The translations under genes were made by a program, and so were the position numbers. DNA of 64,000 nucleotides, from IMG/VR virus record IMGVR_UViG_3300042327_000544, positions 1 through 64,000 of that record, one strand, 5' to 3'. This document shows, in pieces, positions 38,056 to 47,045 of this stretch. The notes under the pieces are model-generated. The model saw only the letters and a program-made list of their open reading frames with translations. It had not been told where the DNA came from and made no database searches. Position 1 is the stretch's first letter. Every line of letters starts with the position of its first letter. Source of the stretch: a virus.

Positions 38056-39828
38056 TTATTGGTTTTGAAGCACAATCCAGTCGTTGTCATAAAACTCAAC
38101 GGAATTTTCTGTCAATGTCATGGACGAATCATCTGCTATTGTCGCTGATCTTCCAATATGCATGTTGTAATTAGATAATGCCATGGGGGCTGAGAAGGTT
38201 GCTGGGTAGTAAGAAATGTATTGGTATAGGCTGGAAGGCCCACCTGTTGATGTATGGTTAAATAGTATCTCTCCACCAATTGCCCCGTTTGTTGCAATTA
38301 TAACGTGATAAAGCTCGTTTGCGGTAAATACAGAACTTATATTTGTCTGAGATGTCTTGTCTACACCATTAACATAAATAGCAGATATATTAGATTTAGT
38401 AATAGTTCCATTTGTAGCCCAAGAGTATCCTGCTGATACAAAATCTCCATTTGCCGTACTTGATAAAATAGAATTTGAGGTTAGCTCTGATAGGGTTAAA
38501 AAGAACTCTATGGTCCTAATTGATTCTGCGGTATTTATTTTAAATCCCGATCCTCCCGCCGTTGTTAATCCATTTAGCTTTTGTCTAGACAAAATAGGAT
38601 ATGCAACCCTTCCTAGAGTAATGTCTTTTGATGTAAATCCCGCTGTGCCTTCTATCGTATAAATATAATCAGGGTTACTTATTGAATAAAGAATTTGGTC
38701 TTTGTAGAAGCACAGTAGCAGGCTATATAATCTTGGGATAAATTTAGTTGTATCTGATGAGGTAAATGTTATCTCAAGATAAAGGGTTCTTTCAGAGCTA
38801 AATGATCCCAATCTAAATTGAGGAATTGCTCCTCCATTAACACATGCTTGCCATGTTGACCCATCTGTGGAAGTTCTTACAGAGACCCCATTGTCGCCGT
38901 TCCACTCTATCTTAGAGGAGTCTAAGTCGAATCCCGCAGGAATTCCTATAGCATCTACGACAACTACGCTCTTAGAGGCTGCAGAGGCCGTTTTCTTAAT
39001 TTCTAAACATTTCTCTTCTGTGTTATAAACTAAATCTTCTGAGGCAAAAATTTCTAGGGGCTTTTTGGCGGGATAAGCAAAATTAAATTGCTTGCTTACG
39101 CTATCATCATATATTTCAAACAAGGTCCCGCCGCTTGGGTATGAAACCTGAAAAGGAGATGTTGTCCCAGAGTAGTTGAAGTGTTCTATAATTTTATCTA
39201 AGCCTAGGGCATACCTATATACTGCTGGGGCATCTACAATAAATGAATCTGCTGAATTTCCAGTTGGCCCTAATTTTAATGTAATTGTTTCATTAGTAAA
39301 CTTATAATTATTTAAAGACTTGCTTACTGCAAATTTGCCATCTACGTATAAAGACATTTCTGAAATAGAGTATGTGGCTACAATATGATGAGATTGGCTT
39401 ATATTAGGTAAAGTATAATCAAGTCTTTCCGCCTCAAGTTTAAATACTATGTTTCCCTTTTCATAAAAAATACCAACATTTTTTGTTGAGTCTGCAAATA
39501 TAGTTGTCAATCCAGATGTTGTAATCTTAGGGTATATCCAAACTTCTAGGGAGAACTCATTATCTGATGAATTGCTATCTGCAAATCCGCCGTCGGCGGT
39601 AGATCCATAATAGTCTTTAGTTACGGGTAATGTAATATACTTAGTATTAGTTATAAGAGAGCCATTTGCTCCGCCTGAAACAAGTGGGATTAATCCAGTA
39701 GTTAGTCCGCCTGAATAAGTTCCGCTATTTCCACACCCAGAGACATCTGAAGCGATAGTACCTGAAGACTCATCCAATGGCCAAAAACCAATTGGGTAGT
39801 CATTAATTAACTTTAGATGATAGCTCAT
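38056..39828 (-). CDS. LamG/concanavalin-like domain structural protein
   Basis: PIGFWPLDESSGT.A.D.SG, FSLEVWI, HHIVATY, LYVDG, AVYRYAL. Confidence 0.8.
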   Translation of the reverse strand: MSYHLKLINDYPIGFWPLDESSGTIASDVSGCGNSGTYSGGLTTGLIPLVSGGANGSLITNTKYITLPVTKDYYGSTADGGFADSNSSDNEFSLEVWIYPKITTSGLTTIFADSTKNVGIFYEKGNIVFKLEAERLDYTLPNISQSHHIVATYSISEMSLYVDGKFAVSKSLNNYKFTNETITLKLGPTGNSADSFIVDAPAVYRYALGLDKIIEHFNYSGTTSPFQVSYPSGGTLFEIYDDSVSKQFNFAYPAKKPLEIFASEDLVYNTEEKCLEIKKTASAASKSVVVVDAIGIPAGFDLDSSKIEWNGDNGVSVRTSTDGSTWQACVNGGAIPQFRLGSFSSERTLYLEITFTSSDTTKFIPRLYSLLLCFYKDQILYSISNPDYIYTIEGTAGFTSKDITLGRVAYPILSRQKLNGLTTAGGSGFKINTAESIRTIEFFLTLSELTSNSILSSTANGDFVSAGYSWATNGTITKSNISAIYVNGVDKTSQTNISSVFTANELYHVIIATNGAIGGEILFNHTSTGGPSSLYQYISYYPATFSAPMALSNYNMHIGRSATIADDSSMTLTENSVEFYDNDWIVLQNQ

Positions 39829-39834
39829 AATTCC

Positions 39835-39840
39835 ATTATA
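39835..39840 (-). promoter_or_regulatory. -10 box, leaderless
   Basis: TATAAT 6 nt before ATG 39828. Confidence 0.55.
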
Positions 39841-39884
39841 CTATATTTAAAGGCTTACTACTCAAGCCCTTCATTGCCTAGCTT

Positions 39885-40211
39885 TTAAACTACTTCTACC
39901 CCAGAAACCATAATGCTTACTCCGCCAGCAACATTTGCTGATGCCCAGATAGATTCTCCAGCGTTAACAATTAGCGTAGTCTCTGTTGATTTTGATGTGT
40001 TTTCTGCAAGAAGGACGTCGCCGAAGATTCTATTTGATAGACCTGGTGTTTGTCCACTTGGAACTAAATAAAGGCTAAAGGCAATTGGGCCATTAAATGT
40101 GTTGGCCGTAAATATGCTCTTAACAATAGCCTTGTTAGTAAATGATTTTAGATTTGAGTTTGTTGTGCTTAGAAGAACTGGCCCAATAAATCTTGATGGA
40201 TTATATGCCAT
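39885..40211 (-). CDS. Small beta-sandwich virion protein (paralog of 45320..45637)
   Basis: P.RF N-terminus; N..E.I..SAN and S...SGV endings shared. Confidence 0.6.
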   Translation of the reverse strand: MAYNPSRFIGPVLLSTTNSNLKSFTNKAIVKSIFTANTFNGPIAFSLYLVPSGQTPGLSNRIFGDVLLAENTSKSTETTLIVNAGESIWASANVAGGVSIMVSGVEVV

Positions 40212-40219
40212 TTTATCTC

Positions 40220-40933
40220 CTAGCTAATTGCCCATTTAGAAATAAGATCTCTTTCGATTGAGATATATTCACCCACGGTAAGGGCTCTGTTGTAAATAAG
40301 TAATTCGCCAATCTTAAATGCTCCAAATGTTGCGGAGTATCTTCCTATTACTTGACCTGTCATACTTGTAAGCCCGCCTGAAGATGCACCGACTGCAACG
40401 TCAGTTCCATTTCTTCTAACTCTACGTGAGTTATCAGCATTGCTGTAAACAAGCGTGTAAACTTCTGGTGTTCCTGATAGCCCTACTGGAACAATAGCAT
40501 TTTGATCATCGTTGCCAAAACCAAACTTAAATGTGTTTGAAGATACGTATCCAGCAATAAGATTATTTCTTGTTCCTGAGTTTGTTCCGCCAATTACATA
40601 GGTATTTGCATTTGCTGGCTTTGAGGCTACGTAGATTACTGTAAATGAGGATGATGATATCCATGACAGTGTTTGATCTGAGAATGGTAAAAAGTCATCT
40701 ACGCCATCAAAGTTAATTGCTGGAAGTCCTGCTATACCTGTTGCTTGAAATGTTGGTTGTGCTGCTGCAGTTGCTTGAACGCAATGTCTAGCCAAACCAG
40801 ACTTGTCATTCCATTGAGAAACTTTTCCAAGACCATCTCTTGTAATTGTAGATGGAAGAGCCGCATCTAGCCATAGCTGCAATCCAGACAAGCTAAATCT
40901 ATTTCTTCTAAAAATAATGTTATTACTAAGCAA
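40220..40933 (-). CDS. LamG-like lectin tip protein
   Basis: LQLWLDA, VSQWNDKSG, FDGVDD, IGELLIYNRAL. Confidence 0.75.
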   Translation of the reverse strand: MLSNNIIFRRNRFSLSGLQLWLDAALPSTITRDGLGKVSQWNDKSGLARHCVQATAAAQPTFQATGIAGLPAINFDGVDDFLPFSDQTLSWISSSSFTVIYVASKPANANTYVIGGTNSGTRNNLIAGYVSSNTFKFGFGNDDQNAIVPVGLSGTPEVYTLVYSNADNSRRVRRNGTDVAVGASSGGLTSMTGQVIGRYSATFGAFKIGELLIYNRALTVGEYISIERDLISKWAIS

Positions 40934-41381
40934 TTGGGTCTTCCTCCATTATTTTTTCTAGCTCTACTAATGGTCTCTTAGGCCATGTAATTTCGGATAC
41001 ATCTTTGCTATTCTTTAAAGAAGAAATCTTCTTTCTGTACTCTTTCCATTCAGCAAGAGACTTCTTGTCCATATCTGGGTCTGTCTCTACCCATGCTGTA
41101 GACATTAGCTCAAAGCCAATATGTGCATTTACGTTATCTGCTTTTTCTTCGTCTGACATCTTCTGTACTTCTACTGAGTATACCTTGCCATCTTTAATAA
41201 ATGGTTCACAAGGTACAATCTTTTCTTGGAAGTCATCGAACTCTGGTGTTGCTACTTCTAGCAACCCGTTTTCTTTTGCAAATTCCTTTTCATCTATTGA
41301 TTGAGGAATAGATACATTAGGAAAGAGTTGGGATAGTGCGCCGACAGCGACTACTTTTTTGTCTTCTACTATGGCGTACAT
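40926..41381 (-). CDS. Tail fibre assembly-like protein
   Basis: LFPNVS.P; WKEYRKKI..ITWP; paralog of 50915..51415. Confidence 0.65.
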   Translation of the reverse strand: MYAIVEDKKVVAVGALSQLFPNVSIPQSIDEKEFAKENGLLEVATPEFDDFQEKIVPCEPFIKDGKVYSVEVQKMSDEEKADNVNAHIGFELMSTAWVETDPDMDKKSLAEWKEYRKKISSLKNSKDVSEITWPKRPLVELEKIMEEDPIA

Positions 41382-41391
41382 ATTATCTCCT

Positions 41392-41838
41392 TTAAACGTT
41401 TAAATCAGCGAATGCGTATGCACCGAATATTGTTGTGCCACCGTCTCTTGTCATAAAGTTAAGAACGGTTGTATTTGTAGATAGAAGTGGTGCTACGTTA
41501 GAAGCTCCTCCACCATCCCACTTAATTGATGCTGGCCATGTAACTGTATAGCTACCACCAGTTTTAATTTCTAGTTGCCAGAATTGTGCTTTTGGCTCTG
41601 TTCCTGTTGCTGGAATATTGCTAAATGCTACTGTGCAGTTTCCGCCTGCAACCATCTTAAATACGTTTGCTAGTGCTACGTCGCATGTTGCAACTCCTGA
41701 AGCTGCAATTGTTCCAAGATCTAGCTGTGCTGATGGCACATTAAGATATGGACGTGCTTGTCCGTTAAGAGGTGCTTGAAGGTATGTGTATGTCCAAAGA
41801 CCTGGGGTTACCTGTTGAGGTACGCTTGTTATTGGCAT
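41392..41838 (-). CDS. Fibre-associated small structural protein (paralog of 51415..51780)
   Basis: GGSYTVTWP..P.L..VLNFMTRDGGT. Confidence 0.6.
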   Translation of the reverse strand: MPITSVPQQVTPGLWTYTYLQAPLNGQARPYLNVPSAQLDLGTIAASGVATCDVALANVFKMVAGGNCTVAFSNIPATGTEPKAQFWQLEIKTGGSYTVTWPASIKWDGGGASNVAPLLSTNTTVLNFMTRDGGTTIFGAYAFADLNV

Positions 41839-41840
41839 TT

Positions 41841-42122
41841 TTATTCCTCCTCTTGAGCACGTAGAGGTGGCAAAGACTCTGGTCTTGGTCCCTTAGTCTC
41901 AGATTCATCCTCATCCCATGCTTCTTGTGCTGCTGTTACTGAAGCAATTGCCTCATCATGCTCAATTACCATGATCTCACGATCTGTCTTTCCTGGATAT
42001 TTATCCACAACTACTCCGTTGACTAGGCTAAATCTATGAATTAGATTTGTTTCAACAACTTCATGATCCCCATCTACGTCAATTGCGACAACATTTTGTG
42101 GTCCACAGAACTTTATTTTCAT
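41841..42122 (-). CDS. Small acidic hypothetical protein
   Basis: 93 aa, AGGAG RBS. Confidence 0.65.
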   Translation of the reverse strand: MKIKFCGPQNVVAIDVDGDHEVVETNLIHRFSLVNGVVVDKYPGKTDREIMVIEHDEAIASVTAAQEAWDEDESETKGPRPESLPPLRAQEEE

Positions 42123-42138
42123 TTTTTTCTCCTTTTCC

Positions 42139-43722
42139 TTACGGGTTGTTCCAATGAGGCATACTTACAATATGCGGATATTGGGTTGTATTTGAATGTG
42201 TATCAAATTGATAGTGAGTTACTACGTTGTATGGCTGTAGGTCTCCGCCAAACGATAGCGGTGTTCCGTCAGTTCTTCTTAGATTTTTACCTGCTGATCC
42301 TGGATCTACAATATATAAATGTGGGCCCGCATCTTGTCCATTTTGAGCTGAGTAAATTGATATAAATTTATCTTCCTTAAATGGAACAATTGCTGTACCT
42401 TGAGATCCGTCTGTGTTTCTAAACCAGAACAGTTTTGTAGGGTCATAAGTATTAATTATATGACAGTTTATTCCGTTTGAGTAATAGTGATATACAGAAT
42501 AAATTGCAAGCCATTCATTGTCCCATGTTATATTATGCTTTTGTCCATACCATGTTTCAGACTGATCGATGCCATAAGATGTTGTGTTAGCTAGGTTGAT
42601 TTCAGTATCTGTAAAAGTTCCAATTCCTGAGCTACCCGCTGTTCCTTGAGAGGATGGGTTCCAGTATCCGTATCTTTGTGCGTAACCGTCGTGGTTAAAT
42701 CTTCCAAATCCGACTAATCCACTGTCTCCCATTACAAGCTTCATGTGGTAAGAAGGCTCGGCTCTTGTAGATCCTGCCTGTGCCCATGTGAAATCATAAA
42801 ATGCGTAATTCTTTGCTGTGCTTAGATGATTGCCTGCTGTAGGACCTGCAGCTTTTGCCTCTGATAGGAACTTGTGAAGTGTTCCAGGCTTGTGTCCAAA
42901 ACCATTTAAACTAACTGATGTGTTTCTCCAGACGTGTAAACGAATTGCATTTGCGGTAGTTGATTCTGCAACTGCAAGCATATTAGTTCTATCGTTGTAA
43001 GATGACATTCCCATGTTTGAACGGCCAGCCCATGTTGCATAGGTTGCTGAGTTTAAATCAACTCTGTCAATATATCCGTTGGCCATGCCTCTAAATCTAA
43101 CTTGAAATTCTGAGCTATTTGAATAATGACTTACACGCTGTCTTACTCCCTTAACTCCAATAATTGTTCCACATCTATTTAAGTACTGATTTTGATTATC
43201 TGCTCTATTAAACCAGTTACCAGCAAATCCACCGTGCAGGCATGGTCTGTAAATTAAATGTCCGTCTGCTGACTGGTTACATGTTGCTCCGCCAAAATAT
43301 GTAGTTACAGTGCTTGTACCGTGATTGCCGTTTGTATATGAGTATCCTCTGAAGTCTTCATACCAGTTAGGCATGTTATCTAGAGATGGGTTCTGATAGC
43401 TACCAAACCATCCTGGCATAGCATTTGAACCAATTGATTGATAGTCGGAGTTAATAATATTAAAACCAGCCTTTGTATCATTGTTCTGGTTTGTCCAAAT
43501 AGCAAATGTTGGGAATGGAGAAACTTCTGTATTGTTTCTTGATATAACAGGTGATGCTTCTTTATTTCCAATTATTGCAATCTGTGAAGCAATAGTTGTT
43601 GAGGTTGCTGTTACAGCAACGTTATTTGCATTTGCAATTGGAGTAATAATTGCAGCTATTGCTGCTTCAAGACCTGGATGAATTATCTGCGAAGTGGTTG
43701 TTGCTGTTGTATTTGTTGTCAT
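42139..43722 (-). CDS. Putative receptor-binding/appendage protein, paralog 2
   Basis: Full-length similarity to 43732..45294 (NWYEDFRG, YATWAGR, NTTSYGIDQ, NTTQYPH). Confidence 0.65.
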   Translation of the reverse strand: MTTNTTATTTSQIIHPGLEAAIAAIITPIANANNVAVTATSTTIASQIAIIGNKEASPVISRNNTEVSPFPTFAIWTNQNNDTKAGFNIINSDYQSIGSNAMPGWFGSYQNPSLDNMPNWYEDFRGYSYTNGNHGTSTVTTYFGGATCNQSADGHLIYRPCLHGGFAGNWFNRADNQNQYLNRCGTIIGVKGVRQRVSHYSNSSEFQVRFRGMANGYIDRVDLNSATYATWAGRSNMGMSSYNDRTNMLAVAESTTANAIRLHVWRNTSVSLNGFGHKPGTLHKFLSEAKAAGPTAGNHLSTAKNYAFYDFTWAQAGSTRAEPSYHMKLVMGDSGLVGFGRFNHDGYAQRYGYWNPSSQGTAGSSGIGTFTDTEINLANTTSYGIDQSETWYGQKHNITWDNEWLAIYSVYHYYSNGINCHIINTYDPTKLFWFRNTDGSQGTAIVPFKEDKFISIYSAQNGQDAGPHLYIVDPGSAGKNLRRTDGTPLSFGGDLQPYNVVTHYQFDTHSNTTQYPHIVSMPHWNNP

Positions 43723-43731
43723 TTTTTCTCC

Positions 43732-45294
43732 TTAGACCGTTGTCCAGTGTGGCATTACCGTAATGTGTGGATACTGTGTTGTATTAGACATTGTATCAAA
43801 TATGTAGTGCATTGTTGAGTTAAAGGGTTGAAGATCTCCACCATTGGCAACAACTGAGTTATCAGCTCTTCTACCATTTTCAAATGCTCCTTGTGGGTTT
43901 GCAATATAAAGATGTGGGCCAGGGCTGTCTCCATTTTGTGCTGAGTAGCACATTATAAATGAGCTTTCTCCAAACGGTACAGGAGAGACTCCATTAGCAC
44001 CATCGGTATTTCTCCAGTGGTAATACTTTGTTGGGTCTGCTGTATTAATGCAATGTAAATTAATTCCGCCGTGGTAGTAGTAGTATGGGGCATATGCTAT
44101 TAACCATTGATTATCCCATGAAATGTTTGTTCTAATTCCTGCGCCATCTCTTTGATCAATTCCATAAGAGGTGGTGTTTGCTAAGTTTGATCCGCTATCT
44201 GTAAATGCTCCAGTTCCTGAAACTCCTGGAGTTCCTGGGTTTGTTGGAATATACCATCCATATTGCTGAGCATTTCCTTGCTGAGAGTTTCTTGAAAAAC
44301 CAATTGTTCCATTATCACCCATTGTAAGTCTCATTACATAAGAAGGCTCTGCTTGTGTTGAACCAGCAGATGACCAAGTAAAATCATAAAATGAATAGCT
44401 TGCTGTTGTTCCAGAAGGTCCTGCCGCTTTTGCTTCTAATAGGAATAGGTTTAAGTCTCCTGCAGCATAATTCCATGAGTTTAAACTTCTGCCTAGATTT
44501 GTGTTCTTCCAAACGTGCAATCTAATTTGATTTGCTGTGTTTGATTCTGCAACTGCTAAGGTTTTTGTTCTATCATTGTAAGAAGACATTCCACGGTTTG
44601 TACGTCCCGCCCAAGTTGCGTAGGCAGCATTGTTAAGGTTTACTTGATCAATATAACCATGTACTTGACCTCTTAATCTTATTTGAAAAGTTGAGTCGTT
44701 ACTGTAGTGATTTAAACGCTCTCTAACTCCACGAACACCAATAATTGTTCCGCTTCTTGAAGTAAACTGACCCCACTGGTCTTGTCTATTCATTTGAGTA
44801 TTTCCATAATTGCCAAAGACCTGTAAGCTATATAGCATGTTGCCTTCATGGCCGTTCATGTTTGTTCCGCCACCTGAATGTGTGCTCCAGTTATTAGTGG
44901 TTGGGTTACCGTTAGTGTATGTTTGGCCTCTAAAGTCTTCATACCAGTTGTTCATTCCGTTTAGATCAACATCTGTCCATCCGCCTTGACGGTTGTTTAA
45001 TCTGCTTGTAGCAACAACTTGAAAATCTGAATTGATTACTGAATATCCAGCTTTTCTAGAGTTGTCTTGATTTGTCCAAATACCAAATAGAGGGTAAGGA
45101 GAAACTTCTGAGTTATCTCTTGAAGTAGCAGGGTTTGCAAGTTTTCCAACTAAGTTTGAGAACTGTGCTGGAATTGCACTTTGTAGAGTTGCAATGGCAG
45201 CAGATGTTGTGTAGGCAATTGGTGCTACCGTATTGCTGATATTTGTTTCAAATCCAGGAATATAGACCTGAGTTGTAGTGGTATTTACTGCCAT
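43732..45294 (-). CDS. Putative receptor-binding/appendage protein, paralog 1
   Basis: Asn/Gly/Trp-rich; tandem paralog of downstream gene. Confidence 0.65.
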   Translation of the reverse strand: MAVNTTTTQVYIPGFETNISNTVAPIAYTTSAAIATLQSAIPAQFSNLVGKLANPATSRDNSEVSPYPLFGIWTNQDNSRKAGYSVINSDFQVVATSRLNNRQGGWTDVDLNGMNNWYEDFRGQTYTNGNPTTNNWSTHSGGGTNMNGHEGNMLYSLQVFGNYGNTQMNRQDQWGQFTSRSGTIIGVRGVRERLNHYSNDSTFQIRLRGQVHGYIDQVNLNNAAYATWAGRTNRGMSSYNDRTKTLAVAESNTANQIRLHVWKNTNLGRSLNSWNYAAGDLNLFLLEAKAAGPSGTTASYSFYDFTWSSAGSTQAEPSYVMRLTMGDNGTIGFSRNSQQGNAQQYGWYIPTNPGTPGVSGTGAFTDSGSNLANTTSYGIDQRDGAGIRTNISWDNQWLIAYAPYYYYHGGINLHCINTADPTKYYHWRNTDGANGVSPVPFGESSFIMCYSAQNGDSPGPHLYIANPQGAFENGRRADNSVVANGGDLQPFNSTMHYIFDTMSNTTQYPHITVMPHWTTV

Positions 45295-45319
45295 TGTAGT
45301 TCTCCCTTAAATAATAATA

Positions 45320-45637
45320 TTATACTTGTGTAATTTTTACGCCAGAGATAAATACTGAGATAGCATCTGCAGCATTCGCACTGATTTGAATATTTTCTGC
45401 TGTGTTAAGAACTTGCTTAACATCAAGAACAACGATAGCACGAGGTGGGATATCTAGGCTCTTTACAAAGAACTTTCCTGCCATTCTCATTGTTACTGTT
45501 CTAGTAGCATCTGTTAGGTTATCAAATGTGATAGATGTAATAACATCGATCTGTGCTGCTGGTGTTGTGTATACTGATGTTTCTGATGCAGGTAGTGTAT
45601 CTGCATAAAATCTGCTTGGTAAGCTTACTGTTGCCAT
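45320..45637 (-). CDS. Small beta-sandwich virion protein
   Basis: VYTTPA..ITSITFDN..QVLNTAENI..ISGV. Confidence 0.6.
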   Translation of the reverse strand: MATVSLPSRFYADTLPASETSVYTTPAAQIDVITSITFDNLTDATRTVTMRMAGKFFVKSLDIPPRAIVVLDVKQVLNTAENIQISANAADAISVFISGVKITQV

Positions 45638-45638
45638 A

Positions 45639-45971
45639 TTAAATTACTCCCATGTTTGTATAAATTGTGTAGTTATCTATCGAAGATTGGATGGTAGCAA
45701 CGTTTGCTGCTCCAGCCGAATTAACTGCAACGATCTGTGTAGACCCTGCTGTGTTAACTGTTGCAACAGCTCCAGAAGAAGCTGTCTGAATTTCTGTCAC
45801 CTTCGATGATGTAGCAGAAACAATATCATTTACTCCTAGGAGGTTGCCCATTGACTCTAGAGCCTTTGCTAGAAAGACTAGGTCCTGAGAATTTAGAGTT
45901 GAACTCGACAGGGCTGTTACCTTTGTCTTAAAAAGATCAACTTGTGATGATAAACTTGAATAATCTGGCAT
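45639..45971 (-). CDS. Helical adaptor protein (paralog of 51780..52445 N-terminus)
   Basis: MPDY..L..QV.LFKTKV.AL...L...DLV.LA.AL. Confidence 0.7.
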   Translation of the reverse strand: MPDYSSLSSQVDLFKTKVTALSSSTLNSQDLVFLAKALESMGNLLGVNDIVSATSSKVTEIQTASSGAVATVNTAGSTQIVAVNSAGAANVATIQSSIDNYTIYTNMGVI

Positions 45972-45990
45972 TTTGTTCTCCTATGTATGA

Positions 45991-46055
45991 ATTATAGCAT
46001 AACTGTTTTTATTGTTTAGTACCCCGCCTTGCCTATAACACTCTTAATTATACCC
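45991..46055 (-). promoter_or_regulatory. Two tandem -10 boxes
   Basis: TGCTATAAT at 45991-45999 and GGGTATAAT at 46047-46055. Confidence 0.5.
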
Positions 46056-46094
46056 CACCAACCTTCTTTAGGCCAGTGGGGTACAGCAATTATT

Positions 46095-47045
46095 TTAGAG
46101 AATTCCTCCATAGTATAAGGTTATGCCCATCAAGACCACTGGGATCACCAAAGCAAAAATTGCCTTATAGTAATCTTTGAGAGGGGTTCTAAAGTAGCTC
46201 TTACCTACAACTAAACACTTGTGTGCTGGAGACAACATATATCCTGCGTAGTCAACTGCAAAGAATAGCGGCAAAGTTTCTATGCCAAATACTCCTACTG
46301 AGAGGACGACAAATCCAGCAAACTTGCTAGAACTTCCCAAGGCAAAACTTGCCAAGAATCCAGCAAAGGCAACTAGGATCAATAAATTATTTTTGTGTGC
46401 GCCTTCTATCCATGCATTTATGGTGTCAAAATTAGCCTTGACAATATTGCTCAAGATAATGACAATGCCAGTAAAAAGAAGAACTCTAGCGTAGTCAATC
46501 AACTGCTTACGGTCACGCTTTGCGTCTGCTTCAATTTGAGCAGGCTGCTTATCCTTTTTCTTCAAAGCCTTTTCTGGAATATTAATTTCAATATCATCTT
46601 CTTTTAGAATTCTAAATATATAGAATAAAATAACAATGACGGCTGTAGCAAGCAATGGCCAAACTCTACCCATTAGCTCCCAATAACTAATACTTAGTGC
46701 CGCCATTGGAAGAAGAACTGTTGCTTCTAGCGGAGACCAAAAATAAAAATGATGCGTGGAAAGGTAATCGATGATTCCATAATTTTTACGCTTCTTTTGA
46801 TCTTCTGGGGCAATTGTATCTAGGGCTCCAGCCGAGATGGCAACACGCCCTGAAATGGGCAGAACTCCAGAGAACATTGATATTAGAGCAACTACTGCTC
46901 TCTTAGACTTAACTGTTCTAGAGATCCAGCTATAAAATGGCAAAAAGACTTGAGTCTTTTTTGCGGCAAATGACAGCCCCATTACCGAAGCCAGTAATAT
47001 CAAGAACTGTTGATTGTTTGTAATTAAACTACTTGTTATTTCCAT
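46095..47045 (-). CDS. Multi-pass membrane transporter (DUF401/IT-superfamily-like)
   Basis: Many TM segments; GVLPISGR, THHFYFWSPLE, GYMLSPAHKCL. Confidence 0.65.
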   Translation of the reverse strand: MEITSSLITNNQQFLILLASVMGLSFAAKKTQVFLPFYSWISRTVKSKRAVVALISMFSGVLPISGRVAISAGALDTIAPEDQKKRKNYGIIDYLSTHHFYFWSPLEATVLLPMAALSISYWELMGRVWPLLATAVIVILFYIFRILKEDDIEINIPEKALKKKDKQPAQIEADAKRDRKQLIDYARVLLFTGIVIILSNIVKANFDTINAWIEGAHKNNLLILVAFAGFLASFALGSSSKFAGFVVLSVGVFGIETLPLFFAVDYAGYMLSPAHKCLVVGKSYFRTPLKDYYKAIFALVIPVVLMGITLYYGGIL

